Assembly: GCA_963786105.1 (NCBI GenBank)
Contig: CAWAXX010000018.1
Span: 1-64,000, forward strand
Reading direction: 5' to 3'
Length of the DNA stretch: 64,000 nucleotides
Source of the DNA: Vulcanimicrobiota bacterium
Lineage (GTDB): Bacteria; Vulcanimicrobiota; Vulcanimicrobiia; Vulcanimicrobiales; Vulcanimicrobiaceae
Shown here piece after piece: positions 22,796 to 32,548 of the stretch. The notes beneath the pieces were generated by a model. That model saw nothing but the letters and a program-made list of their open reading frames with translations. It did not search any database and was not told the origin of the DNA. A program made the position numbers and the translations under genes. Position 1 is the stretch's first letter. The number at the start of each line of letters is the position of its first letter.

Positions 22796-24135
22796 AACCC
22801 CGCCGCCCGCGCCGCAAGCGCGCCGCAGCCGTCCCCGAACCGGTCACGGCGCCGGAGGGGCTAGCAGCGGCCGCCGGGCCACTGGAAGCCACGCCGCCGC
22901 TCGAGGAGGCGCCGCTCGAGGTAGCCGCCTCCAGCGTTGAGGCACCGGCGCCGGTGATCGACACCCCGCCGCAAGCGCTCGAGGCGCCCCCCGCTGCTCA
23001 AGAACCGTCTTCACAACACACACTCTTTGCCACGGAGGAACCGAAGAAAAGAATGGCCGAAGCACGACGCTCCGCTCCCGAGCCCGAGCACGCCGCGACG
23101 ATCAAGGTGATCGGCATTGGCGGAGGCGGCTGCAACGCCGTCAATCGCATGGTTCGCGCCGGCTTGGCCGGGGTGGATTTCTTCTCGGTGAACTCCGACG
23201 TGCAAGCGCTGCGAAGTGCGGCCACCGAAAACACCGTGCACATCGGAGGCAGCCAAACCCGCGGGCTGGGGGCAGGTGCCAATCCGACGTTGGGACGCGA
23301 GGCTGCCGAAGAGTCGCGGGAGGATCTCGCGCTGATTCTCGACGGCGCCGATCTCGTATTCCTCACCGCCGGTATGGGCGGCGGCACCGGAACCGGCGCC
23401 GCGCCGGTGATTGCCGAGATCGCGCGTGAATCTGGCGCGCTCACGATTGCGGTCGTGACCAAACCGTTTGCGTTCGAAGGCAAGAAACGCATGCAAATTG
23501 CCGAGAACGGCATCGCCGAGCTGGAGGCGAAGGTCGATACGCTGATCACGATTCCGAACGAGCGCATCCTGCAAGTGATCGAGAAGAAGACGCCGCTCAA
23601 CGAAGCGTTTGCGTATGCCGACGACGTGCTGCGCCAAGGCATTCAAGGCATTAGCGACCTCATCACGCAGCCCGGACTCATCAACCTTGATTTCGCCGAC
23701 GTGAAGACGATCATGACCGACGCCGGATCGGCGATGATGGGCATCGGGGAGGGCTCGGGCGAGCACCGCGCCGCGGACGCCGCGCAGAAAGCCATCGCTT
23801 CGCCGTTGCTCGAGACGACCATCGAAGGTGCGCGCGGCGTGATCTTCAACATCACCGGCGGTCCCGACATGGCGATGTACGAGGTCAACGAAGCGGCAGA
23901 AATGATCAGTCGCGCGGTGGACCCCGACGCGCAAATTATTTTCGGCGCATCGATCGATCCGAGCATGAGCGGAAAAGTGCGCGTGACGGTCTTGGCGGCG
24001 GGTTTCGGAGCGCCGCGCGGCTACCGCGACGCACAAAGTGGTTACGCATTCGACAAAGGCGGGAGGCTCGAAACGGTATCGCCCGTCAACATGGACGACA
24101 TCGAAGTCCCGGCGTTCCTGCGTTATCGCGGCTAG
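22786..24135 (+). CDS. ftsZ: Cell division protein FtsZ with possible long N-terminal extension
   Basis: IKVIGIGGGGCNA, GMGGGTGTG, INLDFADV, C-terminal DIEVPAFLR; start could be 22771, 22786 or 23053. Confidence 0.96.
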   Translation: MELEPRRPRRKRAAAVPEPVTAPEGLAAAAGPLEATPPLEEAPLEVAASSVEAPAPVIDTPPQALEAPPAAQEPSSQHTLFATEEPKKRMAEARRSAPEPEHAATIKVIGIGGGGCNAVNRMVRAGLAGVDFFSVNSDVQALRSAATENTVHIGGSQTRGLGAGANPTLGREAAEESREDLALILDGADLVFLTAGMGGGTGTGAAPVIAEIARESGALTIAVVTKPFAFEGKKRMQIAENGIAELEAKVDTLITIPNERILQVIEKKTPLNEAFAYADDVLRQGIQGISDLITQPGLINLDFADVKTIMTDAGSAMMGIGEGSGEHRAADAAQKAIASPLLETTIEGARGVIFNITGGPDMAMYEVNEAAEMISRAVDPDAQIIFGASIDPSMSGKVRVTVLAAGFGAPRGYRDAQSGYAFDKGGRLETVSPVNMDDIEVPAFLRYRG

Positions 24136-24154
24136 GCTTTCTTAGCCGGTCGCT

Positions 24155-24976
24155 GTGGGATACTCTGCCCGCGTCCTCCTCGATTCGGCGAGTCCGGCGG
24201 GGGTTCGGCTCACCACGCTCGAGGTGACCTTCCCCCGGTTCGTGCTTTCCGAGTTCAACACGCACCGGGTTTTTTCGAGAAACTCGGCCAGCTCTCGTGC
24301 AATCCCCACCAGCAAGCTGCTCGAACGAGTGGCTCACGATCCGGTCTTACCATTGGAATGGGGACGCAATAAGGCAGGGATGTCGGCCGACGACGTCCTC
24401 GATCCCGACGATGAGGAGGCGGCGAAGCAGATTTGGTTGGGCGCGCGCGATGCGGCGATCGAACACGCGCGACGGTTGCTCGAGTTGAAGGTTCACAAAC
24501 AAGAGGTCAACCGCGTCCTCGAACCCTATTTGTGGCACACCGTGATCGTCACCGCAACCGAATGGGAGAACTTCTTTACCCTGCGCTGCGCGCCGAGCGC
24601 GCAGCCCGAGATCCGGGCCGCCGCACGATCTATGCGCGAGGCTCTGTTCGCGAGTTCGCCGAGGGTGGTCGCCGATGGCGAATGGCACTTGCCGCTCGTG
24701 CAAGACGACGAACGATCGCTGGACCTCGAATCGCGCAAGAAAATCTCGGCCGCGCGCTGCGCGCGCGTTTCCTATCTAACGCACGAGGGAAAGCGCGAAA
24801 TCGAGAGGGATCTCGAGTTGCACGATCGCTTGAAGAGCGACCGGCACCTCAGTCCGTTCGAGCACGTCGCGACGCCGGCTCCTGACGCCGGTTTCCACGC
24901 CAACTTTCGCGGCTGGCTGCAAATGCGCCGTGAAATCGAGGCGGCGACGTGGCCGTCGCTCGCCGTTCGAACCTAG
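24155..24976 (+). CDS. thyX: FAD-dependent thymidylate synthase
   Basis: EFNTHRVFSRNSASSRAIP (ThyX motif variant), NFFTLR...AQPEIR, RCARVSY, HLSPFEH. Confidence 0.85.
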   Translation: MGYSARVLLDSASPAGVRLTTLEVTFPRFVLSEFNTHRVFSRNSASSRAIPTSKLLERVAHDPVLPLEWGRNKAGMSADDVLDPDDEEAAKQIWLGARDAAIEHARRLLELKVHKQEVNRVLEPYLWHTVIVTATEWENFFTLRCAPSAQPEIRAAARSMREALFASSPRVVADGEWHLPLVQDDERSLDLESRKKISAARCARVSYLTHEGKREIERDLELHDRLKSDRHLSPFEHVATPAPDAGFHANFRGWLQMRREIEAATWPSLAVRT

Positions 24977-24997
24977 CGAAGGCCTGATTTTAGCGGT

Positions 24998-25073
24998 GTC
25001 ATCCTGAGCGGAGCGCCGAAGGCGCGCAGTCGAAGGACACCCGCTCGCTAACGCTCGCTCCGCTCAGGATGAC
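24998..25073. repeat. REP-like palindromic element between convergent genes
   Basis: Perfect 18-bp inverted repeat GTCATCCTGAGCGGAGCG / CGCTCCGCTCAGGATGAC with internal GTCGAAGGA. Confidence 0.75.
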
Positions 25074-25094
25074 GGCTTGGTCGTTCGGTGCGCG

Positions 25095-26483
25095 TCACTT
25101 GCCTCGTACGGTCGCGAAAGCCACGGCCAGCAGCGCCGTCAAAGCACCCCACGTCGGCAGTTTAATCGCAAACCACCGGAAGTCGCGGGTGCGCAGCTGG
25201 TCGGTGAACGCGCGCCATTCCGTCTGAGCGAGTTCGGTGTTTCCAAAGTGGACGGCCGCCGTCGACGTCGCCGGCAAATCCGGAGAACGGAGTTCGAACG
25301 CGTAGATGAGCGCCGTCGCCGCCGTGACGAACGCGACGGCAAACCACGGCGTTACTTGCAGCCGCACCAACAGGAGTACGGCGAGGAAGATGCTCGCGAG
25401 GAACAACTTTTTGATCGCCCAGACCATGATCCACGGAATCATCAACGTGCACGCAATCACCGCGCTCACGTCGCGGAGAGACCCGGACAGACGCGTCGCA
25501 AACACGAGTGCGGCCGGAATCGCGAAGCACAGCGCGACCATGTGAAGGTACGGACCGGCCATGACGGCGCAGGCTGCCGGAAAGAAGACGAGCAGTTCGC
25601 GGCGCTCGAGCTTTGCAGCCAGGCGTGGCGCAATCCACAGTCCCGCAGCGAGCAACACGACGAACGAACCTTCGCCCGCGATTTGAGCCATCGTGGGGGA
25701 CGCGCCGAAGAGGTCGAGCGCGTACGTGAGGCTGTATTGATACGGGAAGGCGAGTTCGGACGCCGCTTGTGCGGGAAGAACGCGGGTGAGGTACTCGACG
25801 ACGATCGGAAAGCCGACCGTAGCGACGCCGATCGCCGCCAAGAGCGTGCACGTCGCGAGTAGCGCAATGCGAGCCCGTGGAACGAAAAAGAACGCGCCCA
25901 GCGCTACCGGAAGCCCGAGATGCGGCTCGATCAGCGCGAGCGATGCAAAAATCCCCGCGAGCATATCGCGGTGCATCACGAGAGCCGCCCCGCACGCGCA
26001 CAGGAACAGGAACGCGAACGGCACGATCTGTCCCGAGTCGAGTTCCAAATAGCCGACCGGCAGCACCAGAGCGATCGCTGCCACGTCGATGGGGATGCCG
26101 CTGCGCGCCAGCGCGAGCACCGAAAGCGCGAGCACCACGACGATGGCGAGGGCGTAAAGGGTCCGCGCCCGGTCGAAATCGAGCCGGGCCAACGCCGCGA
26201 ACGGAACGAAGTCGTAAGGTGGCTGCGGTGCCGGAATCACGAGTGCCGGATGTGCAGCGTACAATGCGGTGTCGCGTTCCACGCGTTGCTCGCACGTGTG
26301 GAGCGGCTCGTACCGGTATGGGTTCCCACCGCCGGCGACGACCGTGCCGGCGCAGTAGAAATCTTGGAAGTCGTACATTTTGTGCCACGGGAGTGCGTCG
26401 CCCAAACGAACGACGTCGCGAAGCGCCGCTACGCCCAGGACCGCGAGGAAAACGACCAGGACGATTCGCTGCCCCCCGATCAT
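25095..26483 (-). CDS. GT87-like (GT-C) membrane glycosyltransferase
   Basis: DFQDFYCAG...NPY, PPY..., GQI, multiple TM helices; ATGA overlap with the upstream gene. Confidence 0.7.
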   Translation of the reverse strand: MIGGQRIVLVVFLAVLGVAALRDVVRLGDALPWHKMYDFQDFYCAGTVVAGGGNPYRYEPLHTCEQRVERDTALYAAHPALVIPAPQPPYDFVPFAALARLDFDRARTLYALAIVVVLALSVLALARSGIPIDVAAIALVLPVGYLELDSGQIVPFAFLFLCACGAALVMHRDMLAGIFASLALIEPHLGLPVALGAFFFVPRARIALLATCTLLAAIGVATVGFPIVVEYLTRVLPAQAASELAFPYQYSLTYALDLFGASPTMAQIAGEGSFVVLLAAGLWIAPRLAAKLERRELLVFFPAACAVMAGPYLHMVALCFAIPAALVFATRLSGSLRDVSAVIACTLMIPWIMVWAIKKLFLASIFLAVLLLVRLQVTPWFAVAFVTAATALIYAFELRSPDLPATSTAAVHFGNTELAQTEWRAFTDQLRTRDFRWFAIKLPTWGALTALLAVAFATVRGK

Positions 26484-27901
26484 CGCGGGTAACGTGGGGC
26501 ACGGCGCTGGCGGACGAAAACCTGCAGGATCAAAAACGCGACGACGAGGAGGACCAGGATCAGCGTTCCGTCGCGTCGTGACGCTCCGGTCACCCCTGCA
26601 ACCGGGCGCGAAGCGCGGATGTCGTCGAGCGGAACGGCAATGACCGGGCCCTGCGCCGATCCGTCGATCAACGAGTCGTTGAGAACGATCGGGGAACCGA
26701 CGTTGAACTTCAGGTCGGTTTGCACGCTTCCGAGCGGACGCCCGGTCGCGGCCTCGACGGCCCAAAGCTTGCCGCTGAGGTCGCCGAAATACAGCACGCC
26801 GTCGCGGACCACGAGCCCGCCCTTGACCGGGCCTGAGACGTGCAGCGACCATTTCACCCGTCCGCTGCCTGCGTCGAGTGCGGTAACGATCGGCGCAAGC
26901 GGACTGCCGTCGTAGACGGTACCGCCTTCGTAAAGCGGTATGGCGGACTCGTTGTACGTCGGCTCGGGACCGGTGACGCTCAGTGCCGTATCCCAGCGAA
27001 CGCGGCCGGTCTGCGCATCGAGCGCGTACACGTGTTGGCGCGCATCGACGCCAACGCTTACAAACACGTTCGGGTCGGACGCGCGCGGGGTTGCGTACAT
27101 CCCAAAAATCTGCCGTCCGTCGGTCGCGAGCGGACAGTCGTCGAAGGCGCCGTCGCGCCGCGGAAAGTCGTGCGTCCAGACCGTACGTCCATCATCGGCG
27201 CGGAGCGCGTAGATCGTGTTGGGAAAACGTCCGCCAAAGTAGGCGAGGCCGCCGTTATCGAGCAAAACGTTCGTCATCGAGGCGTTCGAGTAGACGAGCC
27301 GGCGCCAGAGATACGCGCCGGTGCGCACGTCGAGCGCGAGAAACACGCCGCTTCCGTCGACGTGGAGAAGCCGGTTTCCGGCGAGCGCCGGCATGGGCAT
27401 TCCGCTGCCGGTCAGCGCGAACGACCATCGCTTCTTGCCGGTACGCAAGTCGATTCCGTTGAGATCGCTCGCGCCCATGCCGACGACGTTGTAGACGGGC
27501 GGGTCCCACACCGGCGAATCGGCGTTTCCGGTGCCGACTACGACCGTATCGTCGAGGTAGACGGGGGCAGTCATGATCTCGTTGTCACCCTTCCATTCCC
27601 AGACGCGTTTGCCGTCGCGCGCGTCGACGGCGTAGAAGGAGTGGTCGTTGGCGGCGATCAGAACCGAGGTGCCGGCGACGACCGGCGAGGTCGACGTTCC
27701 CTTACGGGGCGCATCGAATCGCCACGACGGGCGATCGGGAAGGTTGGGGTTGACGACGACGTCGTTGAGGCCCCCGCCGTGACGGAACTGATCCCACACC
27801 GCAGATCGATCGGCACGAAACGGGCCGGCGACCGGCGCCGGTGCGGCCGCGACGAAACTCAACAGCAGCGCGATTGGGATCAGTCCGCGCAGAAAGGGCA
27901 T
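26480..27901 (-). CDS. PQQ-like/BamB-type beta-propeller repeat protein with C-terminal membrane anchor
   Basis: Repeated YALDA.TG..RW units; signal peptide; C-terminal hydrophobic helix followed by basic tail. Confidence 0.8.
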   Translation of the reverse strand: MPFLRGLIPIALLLSFVAAAPAPVAGPFRADRSAVWDQFRHGGGLNDVVVNPNLPDRPSWRFDAPRKGTSTSPVVAGTSVLIAANDHSFYAVDARDGKRVWEWKGDNEIMTAPVYLDDTVVVGTGNADSPVWDPPVYNVVGMGASDLNGIDLRTGKKRWSFALTGSGMPMPALAGNRLLHVDGSGVFLALDVRTGAYLWRRLVYSNASMTNVLLDNGGLAYFGGRFPNTIYALRADDGRTVWTHDFPRRDGAFDDCPLATDGRQIFGMYATPRASDPNVFVSVGVDARQHVYALDAQTGRVRWDTALSVTGPEPTYNESAIPLYEGGTVYDGSPLAPIVTALDAGSGRVKWSLHVSGPVKGGLVVRDGVLYFGDLSGKLWAVEAATGRPLGSVQTDLKFNVGSPIVLNDSLIDGSAQGPVIAVPLDDIRASRPVAGVTGASRRDGTLILVLLVVAFLILQVFVRQRRAPRYPR

Positions 27902-28005
27902 GGACGAGCGCCTTAGGTGCCCGCGGACGACAAATCCTTTTGCGAAGTCTTTCGGGTGCCGCCGACGAGCGAGGGGCATGCCGTCGCCCGTTCAAACTAC
28001 CCGCA

Positions 28006-29790
28006 ATGAACGTAACGACGCGATGGACGGCACTTTTTCTCACGGTAGGGCTATTGGCTGCGACCCCCGTGACCGCTAATCCGCCGGCGGATAGCAACGC
28101 GAGCGCGCTCGACGCGCTGGCGGATCGCTATTGGCAGCAGGAGCTCACGTACGATTACGTTGTCCGTTCGCAGATCGGCGAGCCTATTGAAGTGATTCGG
28201 CCGGTCACGTACGCCAACGCCGACGAGGACGCGCAATTCGGGCAGTCGATTCTCGACGGCCTCAAACAGATCGACGTCGAGAAGCTCGACCACGACCGTT
28301 GGCTGACGTCACGCACGCTGACCTACCTCGCCACCAACCTTGTCGCCGCCCGCGAGTACTTTTGGTTGCGCCAAGAAGCGACGCCGTACGCCGGCGGATC
28401 GCAATTCGGCTACCTCTCCGGCATTTTTGCGAACTACACGTTTTCCAACGCCGGAGATGCAGCTCGCTACGAGTCGCTGCTGCAGCAATATGCCGGCCTT
28501 GTTTCCTCCCTTCGGGATCTTTTGATGGAACAACACGCGCGCCACATCGTCCTGCCGGGGGTTGAGATCGATGCGACGCAGGCGGTGTACGAAGGGTACG
28601 CGCAAACGGCGCAGGGCAACGCGCTGGTACCAAGCACAGCGCGGCTGCAAGCGCTTTCCCCATCGGATCGCGCAGCGGTACGAGCCGCAGCGGCCGACAT
28701 CGTATCGTCGAAAGTCATTCCGGCCTTCGAGTCGGTTGCTGCCTACCTCAAGGGACCGTACCGCGAGGGGGCACCGTCGGGCGTTGGACTCTCGCAGTAT
28801 CCCGGCGGCGCCGAATACTACCGGTATCTCGTGGTTGCGAACACGACGCTCGACATCTCACCGGAGAAGCTACACGCACTCGGCCTCGAAGCGGTGAGCG
28901 GCCTCAATCACCAGCTTGACGGGATTCGCCGCGAGGTTGGCTTCCGCGGAACGGTCGCCCAGTTCAAGCAGTTCCTGGCCCACGATCCGCAGTTTTTCGT
29001 GAAAACGCCCGAGCAGTTCGGCGAACGGCTCGAAACCTACGTTCGGCGCGCTCGCGAGGCGGCGCCGAACTATTTCCTGCATATGCCCACCGCACCGTAC
29101 GGCGTGGAACCGCTGCCGAAGGAACTCGCAGGTTCGCAGACCTTCGGTTACTACGACCAGCCGACGGCCGCCCGGCCGAAGGGCATCTATCTCTACAACG
29201 CCTGGCATCCGGAGCGCACCTCGGCGCTCGGCGCCGGCGCGCTGATCTGCCACGAGCTCATTCCGGGCCACCATTTCCAGATCGCCTTACAGCAACAGAA
29301 CACCACGCTTCCGAACGTGCGCCACTACGACTTCTCCGAGACCGGCTTCGTCGAAGGTTGGGGCGAATACGCGTCGCAGCTGTGTTGGGACATGGGCGTC
29401 TATCGCACGCCTTACGACCGCGCCGGGCGGCTGATGCAGGACTTGATGGTCTCGACCCGCCTGGTCGTCGACACCGGTATGAATGCCCTTGGATGGAGTC
29501 GTGAGCGCGCGATGCAGTTCATGCGGGACAACCTGACGATCAGCCAGAGCCAGATCGAAACCGAATCGCTGCGTTATTCGACCGATATTCCGGGCCAAGC
29601 GCTGGCGTATAAAACCGGCGAGCTGACGATGTTGCGGATCCGCGAGGACGCGCGAAAGAAACTGGGCGGAGCCTTCGACATTCGCACGTTCCATTCGTGG
29701 GTGCTGGACAGCGGTTCGATGACGCTCGACACCCTGCGCGCGCACGTCGACTACGAGATCGCTCGGCAGCAGAAGGGCACCGCCCCGTGA
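28006..29790 (+). CDS. DUF885 family protein (putative metallopeptidase)
   Basis: HELIPGHHFQ, FVEGWGEY, RLVVDTGM, PGQALAYKTG, FDIRTFH. Confidence 0.9.
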   Translation: MNVTTRWTALFLTVGLLAATPVTANPPADSNASALDALADRYWQQELTYDYVVRSQIGEPIEVIRPVTYANADEDAQFGQSILDGLKQIDVEKLDHDRWLTSRTLTYLATNLVAAREYFWLRQEATPYAGGSQFGYLSGIFANYTFSNAGDAARYESLLQQYAGLVSSLRDLLMEQHARHIVLPGVEIDATQAVYEGYAQTAQGNALVPSTARLQALSPSDRAAVRAAAADIVSSKVIPAFESVAAYLKGPYREGAPSGVGLSQYPGGAEYYRYLVVANTTLDISPEKLHALGLEAVSGLNHQLDGIRREVGFRGTVAQFKQFLAHDPQFFVKTPEQFGERLETYVRRAREAAPNYFLHMPTAPYGVEPLPKELAGSQTFGYYDQPTAARPKGIYLYNAWHPERTSALGAGALICHELIPGHHFQIALQQQNTTLPNVRHYDFSETGFVEGWGEYASQLCWDMGVYRTPYDRAGRLMQDLMVSTRLVVDTGMNALGWSRERAMQFMRDNLTISQSQIETESLRYSTDIPGQALAYKTGELTMLRIREDARKKLGGAFDIRTFHSWVLDSGSMTLDTLRAHVDYEIARQQKGTAP

Positions 29791-29949
29791 GGGCCTTTCC
29801 CCAAAAGACGTTTTGCGGGACGTCGCGTAAAGTTTCGACGTGGAGATATTCTGCGCCGGCAGCGCTTATGGTATAAGATTGCCTATACCCATGCCCTTGG
29901 CGCGGCCATAGGGACGATCGTTGCACCCACTCTCATCTCACTCTACTCA

Positions 29950-30696
29950 ATGATCGGAACACGCACCATGAATCAATCCCTTTCGACGATACAAGTCTGG
30001 GCACGCTATCGCCGGCCCGAAGACCGCGAGAGGCTGATAGCCGAACACCGCTATCTGTGCCGCCGGGCGGCACGTCGCTTCCTGCGACCGTCTCTCGATC
30101 GCGCCGACCTCGAACAAGTTGCCGCTATCGGTCTCATCAAAGCCGTCGACCGCTACGACAGTTCCCAAGCGACGCCGTTCGAAGCGTATGCATGGCTTCT
30201 GGTGCTGGGCGAGCTCATGCATTACGTCCGTGACGGCGAGCGCATCCTGCGAGCACCTCGGCGCATCCGCGACTTGGAGCGGCGCTGGGTCGCTGCCGAA
30301 CGCGAGCTCTGGACGCTTTTGGGAAGAGAACCACGCGACGCCGACGTGACGCGGTATATCAACGCCACGCCGGCGCAGGAGCGGGAGGTTCGCGAGTATC
30401 GCGCCAGCGGACGGCTCGTTTCATTCGAACTGCTGCCCGCTTCGACGTCGCATCACGTGTCGCGCCCCTTCGAAGCCGTCATCGATAAGTTGACGTTGGA
30501 GCGAATGCTATCCATCCTTCCACCGCTGGAAATGCAGATCGTCCGGTCCATTCACATCGAAGGCACGACGGTGGTCGATCTCGCGAAACAACTCGGATAT
30601 TCGCGCCGGCATCTCACGCGTTTGCATCGCATGGCCATGGCCCGCTTGCGAAGTCACGGCTCGACCGCATCGCCCACAAAGGGCTTGGGCGGTTAG
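29950..30696 (+). CDS. Alternative sigma factor, SigB/SigF/SigG-like
   Basis: DLEQVAAIGLIKAVDRYD...FEAYA...GELMHYVRD...R.PRR; C-terminal HTH. Confidence 0.85.
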   Translation: MIGTRTMNQSLSTIQVWARYRRPEDRERLIAEHRYLCRRAARRFLRPSLDRADLEQVAAIGLIKAVDRYDSSQATPFEAYAWLLVLGELMHYVRDGERILRAPRRIRDLERRWVAAERELWTLLGREPRDADVTRYINATPAQEREVREYRASGRLVSFELLPASTSHHVSRPFEAVIDKLTLERMLSILPPLEMQIVRSIHIEGTTVVDLAKQLGYSRRHLTRLHRMAMARLRSHGSTASPTKGLGG

Positions 30697-31268
30697 GGGT
30701 TCTTGCGAGAAGGCGCAACCTCGTGCTGCGCAAACAACTCGACGATCGCCTTATTGAACCGCGGAATGTCAGCGGGCTTACGACTGGTCACCAGGAGCTC
30801 TTCACGAACCACGGGCTCGTCGACCCAATCGCCGCCGCCATTGAGGATGTCCGTTCGCAGCGACGGCCACGAGGTGAGGCGTTTGCCGCGTACGTAGTCG
30901 GTTTCCACCAAGAGCCAAGGACCGTGGCAAATCGCCGCGATCGGCTTCTTGGCGACCGCGAGCGCATGCACGAACAGCATCGACTTATTGTCAACCCGCA
31001 GCGAGTCCGGGCTGCGAACGCCCCCGGGAATCAGCAGGGCGTCGTAGTCGAGCGGATTGGCGTCGGCAATCGTCACGTCGACACGGAAGGGATCCCCCTC
31101 CTCGTCGTGGTTCCACCCGCGGACGTGGGCCTTTTGCGGCGACACCAGCACGGTCTTGGCGCCGGCCTCGTCGAGGGCCGCGCGCGGTTTGGTCATTTGG
31201 ACTTGCTCGAACCCGTCGTCCACGAGGATCGCCACGGTCACGTCGTGCAGAGCTTGAGGATGCGTCAT
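30693..31268 (-). CDS. PfpI/DJ-1 family (type 1 glutamine amidotransferase-like) protein
   Basis: DGFEQ, YDALLIPGG, AAICHGPW, LVTSRKPAD. Confidence 0.92.
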   Translation of the reverse strand: MTHPQALHDVTVAILVDDGFEQVQMTKPRAALDEAGAKTVLVSPQKAHVRGWNHDEEGDPFRVDVTIADANPLDYDALLIPGGVRSPDSLRVDNKSMLFVHALAVAKKPIAAICHGPWLLVETDYVRGKRLTSWPSLRTDILNGGGDWVDEPVVREELLVTSRKPADIPRFNKAIVELFAQHEVAPSRKNP

Positions 31269-31278
31269 GCGCTGCTAC

Positions 31279-31304
31279 ATACCCGCAGCGCATTTCCTCC
31301 AACC
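31279..31304 (-). promoter_or_regulatory. Putative SigB/SigF-type promoter for the PfpI gene
   Basis: Minus strand GGTTGG-N14-GGGTAT, 10 nt before ATG. Confidence 0.5.
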
Positions 31305-31375
31305 GCGCCGGCCGGAAATCGCTAAGGCCGGGCGAGGGGTGGCTATGCCGCCGAACGCCGAAACCCCCGCATCCG

Positions 31376-32548
31376 ATGTTCCGCTACCTCACCGCCGGGG
31401 AGTCGCACGGACCGGCCCTCGTCGGGATCCTTGACGGCATTCCCGCCCACCTCACGCTCGACATTCCCGCGATCGACGAAGTGCTCGCCCGCCGCCAGGG
31501 TGGGTACGGCCGCGGCGCGCGCATGACGATCGAGCGCGACGAGGTCGAGTTCCTGGCGGGCGTGCGTGGCAGCGAAACGCTCGGCTCGCCGATTGCCGCC
31601 GTCGTACGCAACCGCGATTACCTTACTCCGAAAGTGCGCGCCTTGATGGATCCCGTCTCCGGCGGTGGCGAACCGTTGACCAATCCGCGTCCCGGGCACG
31701 CCGATTTCGCCGGCGCGCTCAAATACCGGCAGCGCGATCTGCGCAACGTCTTGGAACGGGCCAGCGCACGGGAGACGGCCATGCGCGTCTGTCTCGCCGC
31801 CATTTGTGCACAGTTTCTGCAAGCCCTGGGAATCGTGACCCGCAGCTACGTGCATCGCATCGGCACGGTCGAGTCGGCTGAGTTCGACGAGTGGAATCAA
31901 GATGACACCGAAGCCAGCGACGTGCGCAATCCCGACGAAGACACGTCGCGACGGATGATCGAGGCCATCGACGCCGCCAAAACCGCCGGCGACACGATAG
32001 GTGGACAGTTCGTCGTGCGCGTCGACGGAATGCCTGCCGGAATTGGCAGCAACCGCCAGCCGAATCAGCGGCTCGACGGCATCCTGGCCGGCGCGTTAAT
32101 GGGCATGCAGACCGTCAAAGCGGTGGAGATCGGTCTCGGCGCCGGTGTGGCGGGCAAGCGCGGTTCTCAAGCTCACGATGTCTTCGCACTCGATCACGGC
32201 GCGGTCGTCCGCGGGAGCAATCGCGCCGGCGGCATCGAGGGCGGTATGAGCAACGGGCAGCCCATCGTCGTGCGCGTGTCGGTGAAACCGATTCCCACCT
32301 TGATGAGGGCGTTGCCGTCGGTGAACTTGCACGCGCGCGCGGAGGCACCGGCGACCATCGTGCGCAGCGACGTCTGCGTCGTGCCGGCAGCCGCCATCGT
32401 CGGCGAAGCCATGGTACGGCTGGCGTTGATCGCGCCGGTCTTGGAAAAATATGGTGGCGACTCCATGGAAGAGACGCTCGACAACCTGCACCGCAGCACC
32501 GATGCCGCCGCGGCACTGTTCGAAGAGAGCCAGACGGAGAACGCGTGA
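31376..32548 (+). CDS. aroC: Chorismate synthase
   Basis: TAGESHG, RRQGGYGRG, PRPGHAD, ERASARETA, GGIEGGMSNG, RSDVC. Confidence 0.97.
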   Translation: MFRYLTAGESHGPALVGILDGIPAHLTLDIPAIDEVLARRQGGYGRGARMTIERDEVEFLAGVRGSETLGSPIAAVVRNRDYLTPKVRALMDPVSGGGEPLTNPRPGHADFAGALKYRQRDLRNVLERASARETAMRVCLAAICAQFLQALGIVTRSYVHRIGTVESAEFDEWNQDDTEASDVRNPDEDTSRRMIEAIDAAKTAGDTIGGQFVVRVDGMPAGIGSNRQPNQRLDGILAGALMGMQTVKAVEIGLGAGVAGKRGSQAHDVFALDHGAVVRGSNRAGGIEGGMSNGQPIVVRVSVKPIPTLMRALPSVNLHARAEAPATIVRSDVCVVPAAAIVGEAMVRLALIAPVLEKYGGDSMEETLDNLHRSTDAAAALFEESQTENA

